Below the pieces are notes generated by a model that was not told where the DNA came from, ran no database searches, and saw only the letters and a list, made by a program, of their open reading frames with translations. Shown piece by piece: positions 30,723 to 40,153 of a stretch of 64,000 bases of DNA; position 1 is the first letter of the stretch, and each line of letters opens with the position of its first letter. The stretch is from Chloroflexota bacterium (GTDB taxonomy: Bacteria; Chloroflexota; UBA11872; VXOZ01), in contig OZ244922.1 of the NCBI GenBank assembly GCA_965221905.1, positions 3,424,001-3,488,000 on the forward strand, given 5' to 3'. Both the position numbers and the translations under genes were made by a program.

Positions 30723-30873
30723 GGAATGACGGACGGATGCAGGTTGTTCGCACTGCAATAACGGGGCTGACGGATCAAATTCTATGCTACTGAATTCAGA
30801 AGTATCACTGAGCACATAGTGTTGCAGGTGCTGTTCGGACTTCGACAGGCTCAGTACGAACGGGAACAACACT

Positions 30874-31029
30874 GCCTACGCGAAACACAACCGTTCGCCG
30901 CCTATGCGCAACACAACCGTTCGCCGCCTATGCGCAACACAACCGTTCGCCGCCTACGCGAAACACAACCGTTCGCCGCCTATGCGAATCACAACCGTTC
31001 GCCGCCTATGCGCAACACAACCGTTCGCC
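30874..31029. repeat. 6 x 26-bp tandem repeat between two inverted REPs
   Basis: Unit gcctaYgcgMaWcacaaccgttcgcc at 30874, 30900, 30926, 30952, 30978, 31004. Confidence 0.9.
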
Positions 31030-31114
31030 CTGAGCCTGTCGAAGGGTCAAAGGGTAGATTCCCGAAGAGCAAAGTCTTGATGCGACGAATACCAGCCATT
31101 AAGGAGCACAACGG

Positions 31115-32728
31115 ATGCCCGGAATTGTAGCCTGCGTCCATCCCCGTGCCGCCGAGGAAGGCGCGAAAATTCTGGAAGCGGGCGGCAACGCGTTCGACGC
31201 CGCCCTCGCCACCGCCTTCGTGCAGATGATTGTGACCCCCTTCAGTTGCGGTATCGGGGGCATGGTTTCAGCGCACGTTCTCTCCCGCGACCATGACACC
31301 CACGCAGTCGTGGACGGCTGCCTGCGCGCCGGATCGCGCGTGACGCCGGACATGTGGGTCGCAGACTACCGCGGTGAAGGCGACTTCAGCGGCGAAAGCC
31401 TCTTCGATGACTTTCGCAGCACCATGGGCTACACCTCCATCTGCACGCCAGGCGCGGTGGAGGCTTTAGGAGAGGTGCAGCGCCGGTTCTGCACCATGCC
31501 GTGGCGCGATCTCCTGCAACCGGCTATTCGCATCGCGCGGCAGGGCTTCCCCGTGCTGCCGGGCATGACGCAAGTATCTGTCGAGCAACCGGAACCCTAC
31601 AAGCCGAGCCGTATCGAACGTTTGAACGCCACACCGGACTGCGCCGCCCTCTACCTGCGGCCCGACGGCTCGCCGTTTCTGCCGGACGACCGACTGCGGA
31701 ATCCGGCATATGCCGACACGCTGGAGCAGCTTGCCGCGCGGGGCGCGGATGACTTCTACCACGGCCAGTTGGCGGAGAGAATTAGTGCAGACCTGGCGGC
31801 GAACGGCGCTTTCGTGACCCGCGACGACCTGGCCGCCTACGAGCCGGTGACCTACGCTCCCCGCGCTGCCACCTACCGCGACTGTACGGTGTATAGCAAC
31901 GGCGCGCCGGGAGGCGGCCCTTTGCTCCTGGAAGCGCTCAACGTGCTCGCCGGATTCGATCTTGCCGGGCTGGGACATGGCAGCGCAGAGTATTTCGCCC
32001 ACCTGGGATCAACCTTGCAACTCGTCAACCAGGACCGGCGCGACTACTTGGGCGATCCGGATTTTTTGCCCCGCTCACCGGAGTCTGAGCTACTTTCGCA
32101 CGAACGCACGGCGCAACTCCGGGCGGCGGTGGCTGCCGGTACCGTCGGCGGCGCGACGCCGCCCCAAGAGCATGGGGATACTACTCACCTCACCGTGGTG
32201 GATGAAGCCGGCAACATCGCATGCATTACCCACAGCAACGGCAACTACTCCGGCGTTATTACCCCCGGCACGGGGTTCGTCTACAACAACGGCATGAATC
32301 GCTTCGATCCCCGTCCGGGCCGCGCCAGTTCCTTTGCCCCGCGCAAGGCGCGGCTGCACCTGATGATGCCGGCCATTGCGACGCGCGCGGGCAAGCCCGT
32401 CATGGCCTGGGGTGCGCCTGGCGGCAACGCCATCCTGAGCGCCCTCGTGCAGGCGTTCACCAATGTGGTAGATTTCGAAATGAGCGCCACGGAAGCAGTG
32501 GTCGCGCCGCGCATCCACGCTGAAGGTGACACGATCTGGTGCGACGCCCGCATGCGCACGGATACGTGCGACGCGCTGCGCGCCCGGGGATTCACCGTCG
32601 AACAGGACCCAATCAGCTATCCTTCCCGGTTCGCTCTCTGTCAGCTTGTCACGTTGGGGCCGGATGGCACGTTGGACGGCGGCTCCGACCCACGTGGAGA
32701 GGGGGCAGTGTTCATCGCGCGCACCTGA
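31115..32728 (+). CDS. ggt: gamma-glutamyltransferase family protein
   Basis: GGNAFDAA, CGIGG, DTTHLTVVD nucleophile Thr, GAPGG, PRIH, SDPRGEG. Confidence 0.9.
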   Translation: MPGIVACVHPRAAEEGAKILEAGGNAFDAALATAFVQMIVTPFSCGIGGMVSAHVLSRDHDTHAVVDGCLRAGSRVTPDMWVADYRGEGDFSGESLFDDFRSTMGYTSICTPGAVEALGEVQRRFCTMPWRDLLQPAIRIARQGFPVLPGMTQVSVEQPEPYKPSRIERLNATPDCAALYLRPDGSPFLPDDRLRNPAYADTLEQLAARGADDFYHGQLAERISADLAANGAFVTRDDLAAYEPVTYAPRAATYRDCTVYSNGAPGGGPLLLEALNVLAGFDLAGLGHGSAEYFAHLGSTLQLVNQDRRDYLGDPDFLPRSPESELLSHERTAQLRAAVAAGTVGGATPPQEHGDTTHLTVVDEAGNIACITHSNGNYSGVITPGTGFVYNNGMNRFDPRPGRASSFAPRKARLHLMMPAIATRAGKPVMAWGAPGGNAILSALVQAFTNVVDFEMSATEAVVAPRIHAEGDTIWCDARMRTDTCDALRARGFTVEQDPISYPSRFALCQLVTLGPDGTLDGGSDPRGEGAVFIART

Positions 32729-32827
32729 TATTCCCGCACCGTAGTCACAGCGCCGAACTCTTGCATATAGGCCGTAGCGCGGGGGCTTGTCCCCCGCTCC
32801 TGGATACAAGTGAAAACAGGGTTTTTA

Positions 32828-33154
32828 CCATGGGCACCGCATTGGAGAAGAGGGTACACAAGGATTGACCTCATAACAGACGCAGGTTACAAACCTGCGC
32901 TACCGGGCATGGGCGTCGCTTTGAGCGCCATGTTCCGCACTTTAGTGGCAATTGCAACGCCATTGAAGCTTGTCCCCCGCCGGATTGGGCGGCACAGGGG
33001 GTTATCCCCATGGGCACTGCATCGGAGAAGAGGGTACACAAGGATCGACCCTATAGCAGACGCAGGTTACAAACCTGCGCTACCAGGGATGTGGGGCCTT
33101 GTGAGCGCCATGTTCCGGGCTATAGTGGCAGATTCGACACCATTGAGGCTTGTC
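32828..33154. repeat. diverged tandem duplication, 180-bp period
   Basis: ccatgggcac...ggagaagagggtacacaagg...cgcaggttacaaacctgcgctacc...gcttgtc at 32828 and 33008. Confidence 0.8.
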
Positions 33155-33159
33155 ATTCC

Positions 33160-33477
33160 TGTAAGTGTTAGGTATTTCGTTGACAGAATGGGAACATGAA
33201 ACAACAAGAGATGATGCCCTCGTATCGGCTGCCATACACATTGGGTTGCTGCATCACGAGCAATGACAGTTCATGCATCAAAGACTAATATCGCAGACGG
33301 CACGAGAATCGTCACTCCGGCGAAAAGCCTGCCCTGTACTTGATACGGGGCCGGAGTCCAGGGGGTGCAGTGAAGATGGATTCCGGCTTGCGCCGGAATG
33401 ACGGAGTTGAACGTCTTCTACTTGTCATGGTTTCAATTGGACTGATGAAACTGTCAACGGATTAGTCAACACTTACA
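33160..33477. mobile_element. MITE, same TIR family as 30481
   Basis: tgtaagtgttaggtatttcgttgacag ... ctgtcaacggattagtcaacacttaca; flanks attcc/cttcc. Confidence 0.7.
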
Positions 33478-33568
33478 CTTCCGCTGCTTGACGCAAGAAG
33501 CAACAACCAACTTGAATCAGGCGGTTTGTACGCCCGCGCGGCCATCCCAGCACAAGAAGGAGGCACCA

Positions 33569-36052
33569 TTGGCTAGTCCGGATATTTCAGAAAGCCGTTG
33601 GACCGTCCGCCGTGCGGCCGTAATCGGCGCGGGCACTATGGGCGCGCAGATCGCGGCGCTGCTTGCCGGATTCGGCATCGAGTGCGAGTTGCTCGACTTA
33701 CCGGAAACCGAGGGGCGCGACCGGCGCGCTGAAGCTGCTCTAGAGAAACTCGCCGCCATGCGTCCGTCGCCGCTCTTTGAGCGCGGCGACCTGGCCCGCA
33801 TCCGCCCCGGCAACGTGGAGGACCACTGCGAGCGGTTAACCGAGTGCGATTGGGTGATCGAAGCAGTCTTTGAAGACCTTGCAGTCAAACAACGCCTCTG
33901 GACGACACTGGCGCCGCACGTGCGTCACGACGCCATTGCTAGTACCAACACGTCCAGCATCCCAATAAAGTACATAGCCAAAGTACTGCCTCCAGAGGTG
34001 AGGCGAAGATTTCTGGGCGCGCACTTCTTCAATCCGCCCCGCTACCTGCGGCTATTCGAGCTAATTCCGACCCAGGAGACCGATCCCGCCGTTACCGCGG
34101 CATTGCAGCGCTTCGGCGGCGAGACGCTGGGCAAGGGCTGCATCCTCGCCCACGACGTGCCCGGCTTCGTAGGCAATCGCATTGGGCTCTACGTCTTCGC
34201 GGATATCCTGCGTGCGCTGCAGGAGTCGGGCTTGGGTCCTGATGAGATAGACAGCATTACCGGGCCGCCGCTGGGTCGTCCGCGCAGCGCCACGTTCCGC
34301 ACGCTCGACCTGATAGGCATCGACGTTTACGTGGACATCTGCGACAAGCTGCAGGCCTCGGTGCCGGAATCTTGGGAGCAAGCCGCGTTTGCCGTGCCCC
34401 CATTCGTCCGCACGATGGTTGAGCGCGGCTGGCTGGGCGAAAAGAGCGGCCAAGGCTTTTATAAGCGCGAGCAAGTTGACGGTCGCAGGGAAATCCTGGT
34501 GCTCGACCCGGAAACTTTGGAGTACCGATCGCAGCGTAGTTTGGACGCGCCGTCACTGGCTGCGGTGCGCAGAGTGGAAGATAGCGGCGCGCGCATTGCC
34601 GCCCTCGCCCACGCTGACGATGCTGCCGGACGGCTCGCCTGGCGCAGTCTCTCGCGGCTCTTTGCCTTTGCCGCCGCCAAGATACCCGAGGTCGCCGACG
34701 AAATCGCCAGCATCGATAACGCTATACGCTGGGGTTTTGCCTGGGAGCTGGGCCCCTTTGAGACCTGGGAAGCCATGGGCAAAGCGGAGACGGCAGACCG
34801 CATGGAACGCGACGGTCTTGCCGTACCGCCGTGGGTGACGGCGCTCGCACAGCGGGACAAGCCCTTCTATCGCTACACCGCAAATGGAACAGAACAAGCG
34901 ACGCCCCAGTCCACGTACAGGCCGGTAGCTGGGAGCGAGCGGACGCTATCGTTACCGTGGCTGCGCGCACAGGCAAAACCGGTGGTCGCGCGCGCCGGAG
35001 CAACCCTCAGTGATCTGGGCGACGGCATTGCCTTCCTGGACGTGCATGGGCCGAAGCAGACGATTGACACGAACGTGCTCGACATGCTCGAGGTTGCCGC
35101 AGAGCAGGTACCGCCTGCGTTCCGGGGCCTCGTGCTCAGCAGCCACGTGCAGCCCAATATCTGCCTCGGCGCGAACCTCGCCGTGATCCTTCAGGCCGCG
35201 CAAGAGCAGCAGTGGGACGTGATCGAATCCTTCATTCACAAGCTGCAATACTCGCTGCTGGCGCTCAAGCGCATGCCGGTGCCCTTTGTGACCGCCCTTT
35301 ACGGGCGCGTGCTCGGCGGCGGGCTTGAATTGGGGCTATCGGCGCATCGCGTCGTGGCGGCGCGAGAGAGCTACGTGGGTCTGGTGGAGACCGCCGTGGG
35401 ACTGGTGCCCGCCGGCGGCGGCTGCAAGGAACTGCTGCTGCGGATGCTTGACGGGCTACCCAACGAGCAGATGGATTTCCGCCCCGTATCAAGTTCGGGG
35501 CAAGCTTTCAGCGGGAATGACGGGAAGGAGAGCGAGACCGGCCAATCTTCCAAGACAATTTCGTCCATCGACGCGGCACAAGCCGTACAGCGAGCATTCG
35601 AAACGATCCGCATGGCGAAAGTGTCGCAGCATGCGCCCGACGCGCTGGAAATCGGCTATCTTCGTGAGAGCGACATCATAGAGTCGAACCCTGATCACTT
35701 GCTTTTTCGGGCTAAGACGGAAGCGCTGGCCCTAAGTAAAGTAAGTAAAGACGGTGGTTCTGTTCACGCCGATCCGGTGCAACTCCCCGTGTTGGGGGAA
35801 AGCGGGCGCGCCGCTCTGGTTGCGCCGGTGGCAGACCTTATGCAAGCGGGCAAAACCACCGACCACGACCTGACTATCGCGCGGAAACTCGCCTACATTC
35901 TCTCCGGCGGCGACGCAGAAGCCGGCACCCAGCAAGACGAATCCCACTTCATCGACCTGGAGCGCGAGGCCTTCGTCAGCCTCTGCGGCGAACCCAAGAC
36001 CCAAGACCGCATCGCCCATATCCTCAAGACCGGTAAGCCTCTACAGAACTAA
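33569..36052 (+). CDS. fadN: 3-hydroxyacyl-CoA dehydrogenase/enoyl-CoA hydratase (FadN-like)
   Basis: GAGTMG, STNTSS, HFFNPPRY, PGFVGNRIG, GRVLGGGLE, GLVPAGGG, LKTGKPLQN; TTG start after AAGGAGG. Confidence 0.9.
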   Translation: MASPDISESRWTVRRAAVIGAGTMGAQIAALLAGFGIECELLDLPETEGRDRRAEAALEKLAAMRPSPLFERGDLARIRPGNVEDHCERLTECDWVIEAVFEDLAVKQRLWTTLAPHVRHDAIASTNTSSIPIKYIAKVLPPEVRRRFLGAHFFNPPRYLRLFELIPTQETDPAVTAALQRFGGETLGKGCILAHDVPGFVGNRIGLYVFADILRALQESGLGPDEIDSITGPPLGRPRSATFRTLDLIGIDVYVDICDKLQASVPESWEQAAFAVPPFVRTMVERGWLGEKSGQGFYKREQVDGRREILVLDPETLEYRSQRSLDAPSLAAVRRVEDSGARIAALAHADDAAGRLAWRSLSRLFAFAAAKIPEVADEIASIDNAIRWGFAWELGPFETWEAMGKAETADRMERDGLAVPPWVTALAQRDKPFYRYTANGTEQATPQSTYRPVAGSERTLSLPWLRAQAKPVVARAGATLSDLGDGIAFLDVHGPKQTIDTNVLDMLEVAAEQVPPAFRGLVLSSHVQPNICLGANLAVILQAAQEQQWDVIESFIHKLQYSLLALKRMPVPFVTALYGRVLGGGLELGLSAHRVVAARESYVGLVETAVGLVPAGGGCKELLLRMLDGLPNEQMDFRPVSSSGQAFSGNDGKESETGQSSKTISSIDAAQAVQRAFETIRMAKVSQHAPDALEIGYLRESDIIESNPDHLLFRAKTEALALSKVSKDGGSVHADPVQLPVLGESGRAALVAPVADLMQAGKTTDHDLTIARKLAYILSGGDAEAGTQQDESHFIDLEREAFVSLCGEPKTQDRIAHILKTGKPLQN

Positions 36053-36097
36053 CGAAGCTATATTGGAATTACTAACTATGGATAAGGAGAGGAACTG

Positions 36098-36394
36098 ATA
36101 AATTCAACTGCTGCTCCAATCCATCCTGGAGAACACCTGGCAGAGATTCTCGATGAACTCGGTATTAGCCAGTATCGTCTGGCGAAAACGATAGGCGTGC
36201 CGCCGATACGCATCAACCAGATCGTGCACGGCCGACGCGCCATTACGGCGGATACCGCTCTGCGAATCGGCAGGGCACTCAACATGACGCCGGACTTCTG
36301 GCTGAATCTCCAGCGGATGTACGATCTGGACGTAGCGCGTGCCTCTGCGGATGTCAGCGGCATTGAGCCGCTCGTTACGGCAGAGCGACCATGA
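36098..36394 (+). CDS. higA: HigA family antitoxin with non-canonical start (ATA or CTG)
   Basis: PIHPGEHL..ISQYRLA..RINQIVHGRRAITADTALR..FWLNLQ; strong RBS but no ATG. Confidence 0.8.
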   Translation: MNSTAAPIHPGEHLAEILDELGISQYRLAKTIGVPPIRINQIVHGRRAITADTALRIGRALNMTPDFWLNLQRMYDLDVARASADVSGIEPLVTAERP

Positions 36395-36531
36395 CGCTGC
36401 GCCGTGGGTGTGGCAGTCTGTCGCTGCAAAACGCTGGCGCACACTCATTCCGAGGTTACTATGGTTTGTAGGCACGTGGCCTGGACGAAGTAGGCCGCGT
36501 CCGTATCTCACTGGATATGAAAGGAATCGCA

Positions 36532-37296
36532 ATGTCGTTTATTGAATACACCGTCACCGATAGAATCGCGCGCATTACGCTGAACCGGCCGGATAAGCTC
36601 AACGCCATCAACCGTGCCATGCGGGAAGAGCTCTTTGCCGTGTTCGCGGATTTCGCCGCGCGGGATGATGCCTGGGTAGCCGTCATTACCGGCACGGGAC
36701 GGGCCTTCTCCGTCGGTCATGACCTGGAAGAGATGGGCGGTCCGTCGGGTGACGAAGCGCCGGGCACGTCAATCGAGGACCTCTACGTGATGCAGACGCG
36801 TATCTGGAAGCCCATCATCGCGGCAATCAACGGCTACTGTTTGGCGCAAGGCGGCGGCATCGCGCTGGCCTCAGACATTAGAATCGCCGCCGACACTGCC
36901 CAATTCGGCTGGCCGCAAGCCAAGCGCGGCATCAGCTCCATCAGCGGCCCCTCGATGCTCGCCAACCGCATCCCGCTAAATTACGCGCTCGAATTCCTGC
37001 TCACCGGCGAGTTTATCAGCGCGCAGGAGGCGCACCGGCTGCACCTCGTGAATAAGGTCGTGCCGCTGGACGCGCTCGCAGACACGGCGGGCGAGTATGC
37101 GCAGACCATCGCGCAGAACGCGCCGCTGGCAACCCGCGGCATGAAGGAAGCCGCCGTGCGCGGTCAATACCTGGGCCTGGAAGAGCGGGTGAACCTGGCG
37201 AGTCTCTTGTTCGACCGCGTGCGCGCCTCGGCTGACGCCGAAGAGGGGCTGCGGGCCTTCGTGGAGAAGCGCGAGCCGGAATTTAGGGGAGAATGA
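36532..37296 (+). CDS. enoyl-CoA hydratase/isomerase family protein
   Basis: TLNRPDKLNA, AFSVGHDL, KPIIAAING, EGLRAFVEKREP. Confidence 0.92.
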   Translation: MSFIEYTVTDRIARITLNRPDKLNAINRAMREELFAVFADFAARDDAWVAVITGTGRAFSVGHDLEEMGGPSGDEAPGTSIEDLYVMQTRIWKPIIAAINGYCLAQGGGIALASDIRIAADTAQFGWPQAKRGISSISGPSMLANRIPLNYALEFLLTGEFISAQEAHRLHLVNKVVPLDALADTAGEYAQTIAQNAPLATRGMKEAAVRGQYLGLEERVNLASLLFDRVRASADAEEGLRAFVEKREPEFRGE

Positions 37297-37376
37297 GCGC
37301 AGTGAGAACGGTAGGAAGGCGCGCTCTACCAAGCCTCTTGCACAGAGCGGAATACATTCACGGGCAAGCAGATATT

Positions 37377-37669
37377 TGTAAGTGTTGACCAATTCGTTGG
37401 AAGATTCGTAAATCCAGTTAATGCACTGGAAAGTTGAAGACGGTCATCTCCGTCATTCCGGCGCAAGCCGGAATCCATCTTCGCCGCACCCCCTGGACTC
37501 CGGCATTCGCCGGAGTGACGGTTTTCCTGCCGCCTACGTCTTTCATCTTTGATGCATGAGCTATCACTGCTTGTGACAGAACTCCTGGTGGGTAAGGCAG
37601 CCGACAGGTAGCTACTACCTCCTGCCGATTCATGCCCGCATTCTGTCAGCTAGTTACCTGACACTTACA
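37377..37669. mobile_element. MITE, same TIR family as 30481
   Basis: tgtaagtgttgaccaattcgttg ... ctgtcagctagttacctgacacttaca followed by ggaat; interior homologous to 33160-33477 in reverse. Confidence 0.65.
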
Positions 37670-37796
37670 GGAATTACGGTTATCGCCGTGCGTCTCTTCC
37701 TACAGCTCATGAGGGAAGTCCGTCCTCCGAGTGACCACGTGATGCTGCGAGGGCTGTCTCGCCATTCCGGTAGCGGAATATCCGCTCAGTCTGAGG

Positions 37797-38414
37797 TCAT
37801 TCTGAAGTACTCGCGGTCGGTGTAGCAGTGGGCGCAGCGCGTTCTAGAGTGAATGTGCCCCCAATGAGGCCAATCCTAAAACCGCCCGTAATCACACCAT
37901 CTTCCAGCTTGCCGTCGAAGGTCAGGTCGCTACCCTCTTGCGGGATCACGAAACGAATCCCTCCATCCGCTTGAAGCTCGGCTTTGAAGGCAAGGTCCTC
38001 GATCCTACGCGTAGAAATGTCCATCGTGCCCCAGAGTTCGCCGTCCACAAGCTGAAGCGAAGCGCTTATCGGGACTTCAGACCGCAGAACCTCTAGTACT
38101 CCCTCCCAGTTTCCAATCAGCGCCGCTTCAGGGCCGTCCGGCGTTGGCGTCGGCGATGGGACTACGGTCGGAGTCGGCGTAGGAACGGGAGACGCCAGCG
38201 GACTCGGCGACGAAAGCACAGTCGGCGTCGGCACGGGTGTTGCAATTGGTGTTGGCGAGGGCATCACCGTTGGCGATACCTGGCTGGGTGTCGGCAGTGT
38301 CGGCGAAGGAACCGCAGTTGGAGTCGGTGGTGCGGGACTCGGGGCAAACAATCCGCACGTGCTGAGCAAGACCACGGCCAAACCCAGCACCACCGGGAGC
38401 AAAATAGCCAGCAA
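37797..38414 (-). CDS. membrane-anchored Pro/Thr-rich protein with C-terminal beta domain
   Basis: N-terminal hydrophobic segment plus Cys, PTP repeats, LIGNWEG..FTLER; start uncertain. Confidence 0.65.
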   Translation of the reverse strand: MLAILLPVVLGLAVVLLSTCGLFAPSPAPPTPTAVPSPTLPTPSQVSPTVMPSPTPIATPVPTPTVLSSPSPLASPVPTPTPTVVPSPTPTPDGPEAALIGNWEGVLEVLRSEVPISASLQLVDGELWGTMDISTRRIEDLAFKAELQADGGIRFVIPQEGSDLTFDGKLEDGVITGGFRIGLIGGTFTLERAAPTATPTASTSE

Positions 38415-38672
38415 GAGCGCCCGAAAATACCGGGAGAGCGCGCTGCAAGGCCTAGACGTAGATGACCGTGAAGGTAGTTTCAGATTGATGCTGCTATGAA
38501 GGATTGAGAGCGTTACTGGGTACTATTTCACTATAGCGCACTTACGCACGGTCGTCCCATAACCCCGAACGCCATGGCGCAGTTGCTACCTCTCCACTAA
38601 TAGGGAAAGAGCCGGCCGCAGCCGACTCTTTCCCATAGACCGTCTCTGAAGGCGTGCGCCCTCTCTGCGTCT

Positions 38673-40085
38673 CTACTGAGCGAGCGCCTCGTCGACCAAG
38701 GCTTGTATGGGCTCCTTCATATTGCGCAGGGCTTCTCGCACCGTCACCTTGCCTGCGAAAAGGTCCGCAAAGGTCGGGTTGGAGATATCCTTGCGAATCT
38801 GACCGAAGGCAACAGTGCGGAAGATCCGTCCGTTCGGCACTCCGTACTGCAGGGCATCGCGGTAGATCTCCAAGCGCAACTCGCTCTGGAAGTCCTTATC
38901 GCCGTAGATATTCTGCGCCCATTCGTCGAAGAAGTCCACGCGGTGGAAGCCGGTGCCGCGCGAGATCGCCCAATTGATGGTGCGGCTACCCCATTTGAGC
39001 AGTTCCCAGCCGGCATCGGGTTGCTGGGCGCCGACGACGATGCCGTTGCCGTCCAGGTTGAGGTGCGAGACCGGCCGCGCGCTCGTGCCGCGTACGACGG
39101 GGCTGAAGACGAACGGCGCGCCGCGCTGGATCGCCTCCAGCACCGGGAAGAAGCCGCCGGGCGCGCTGCGCAGCATGGCCCCCTTCTCCTCCACGAAGGC
39201 CGTCCTGGAATTAGTGCCGAACAGCTCTTGCACCTGCCCCGGCTTATCCACGGACCGGTCCTCGTGCACCATTGTGAAGTAGCGCTCGTAGGCGTCCACC
39301 AGCGCGGGATCTTCTGAGATTACCGTGCGGTTGTCGTCGGCCAGCCATTCCGCATCGAAAAGAGCAGGCCAGTTAAGGAAAAGGTAGTTGGCGTTCGCGC
39401 CCACCATGCCGAACTGAACGGTCTTGCCGCCCTCTTCCTTGGTCAGCTGTTTCATTTCAGCGGTGAAGCGGTCGAAGGTCCAATCGGGATCCTCCCAGTT
39501 ATTGGGAGGCAGGTTCAGACCGGCCTCTTCGTACATGCGCTTGTTGATGGGCGCAATGGGCCAGTTACCGCCCGACTGATTTGGTAGTGCAAACAGCTTG
39601 CCGTCACGGCGGAACCAGGCGTCCATCGCCGTTTTGGGGAAGGGGCTCAAGTCTATCTGGTCTTTGGCGACCCGGTCGTCAATGGCCTCCACAGCGCCAA
39701 GCGCCGTGAGCGCCGGGTCGGTGAGCCAGGATACATCGGGCGCTTGACCGCCTGCCACAAGCGTCAGCAAGAACTGGCGGCGGTCGCCGGACCAGATGAT
39801 CCAATTCAACGTGATGCCGGGGTTGTCGGCCTCAAACGGCTCCTTGACCAGCGAATCCACGTTATCCGCTTGGCGGCTGTTGTGGTTGGTGAGCCAATGC
39901 ACATCCACCGGCTCCGCCATAGCGGGCTTCTTGGTCTCTTCTTTTGGCATCTCCTCCTTGGCCGTCTCATCGCTCGGGGCCATGGCGGCCGGCTGGCCGC
40001 AGGCCCCGAGCATGACGCCGCCAAGGGAAACAGCGCCTACACCACCCAGCAGGTGTCGCCGGGTAAATCGTTCCCGGATATTCAT
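38673..40085 (-). CDS. Tat-exported extracellular solute-binding lipoprotein (family 1-like)
   Basis: TRRHLL, LGAC lipobox, AGGQAPDV, DGKLFALP, NKRMYEEAGL. Confidence 0.85.
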   Translation of the reverse strand: MNIRERFTRRHLLGGVGAVSLGGVMLGACGQPAAMAPSDETAKEEMPKEETKKPAMAEPVDVHWLTNHNSRQADNVDSLVKEPFEADNPGITLNWIIWSGDRRQFLLTLVAGGQAPDVSWLTDPALTALGAVEAIDDRVAKDQIDLSPFPKTAMDAWFRRDGKLFALPNQSGGNWPIAPINKRMYEEAGLNLPPNNWEDPDWTFDRFTAEMKQLTKEEGGKTVQFGMVGANANYLFLNWPALFDAEWLADDNRTVISEDPALVDAYERYFTMVHEDRSVDKPGQVQELFGTNSRTAFVEEKGAMLRSAPGGFFPVLEAIQRGAPFVFSPVVRGTSARPVSHLNLDGNGIVVGAQQPDAGWELLKWGSRTINWAISRGTGFHRVDFFDEWAQNIYGDKDFQSELRLEIYRDALQYGVPNGRIFRTVAFGQIRKDISNPTFADLFAGKVTVREALRNMKEPIQALVDEALAQ

Positions 40086-40153
40086 TTTGCGCCCTCCTTG
40101 TTTGAAGTGTCACGCAAACCCTTCTCCTATGAAGTGTGCCTCATCAGGCTCCC

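Noticed and set aside
30874-31029. CRISPR array
   Set aside because: Head-to-tail tandem units with no spacers
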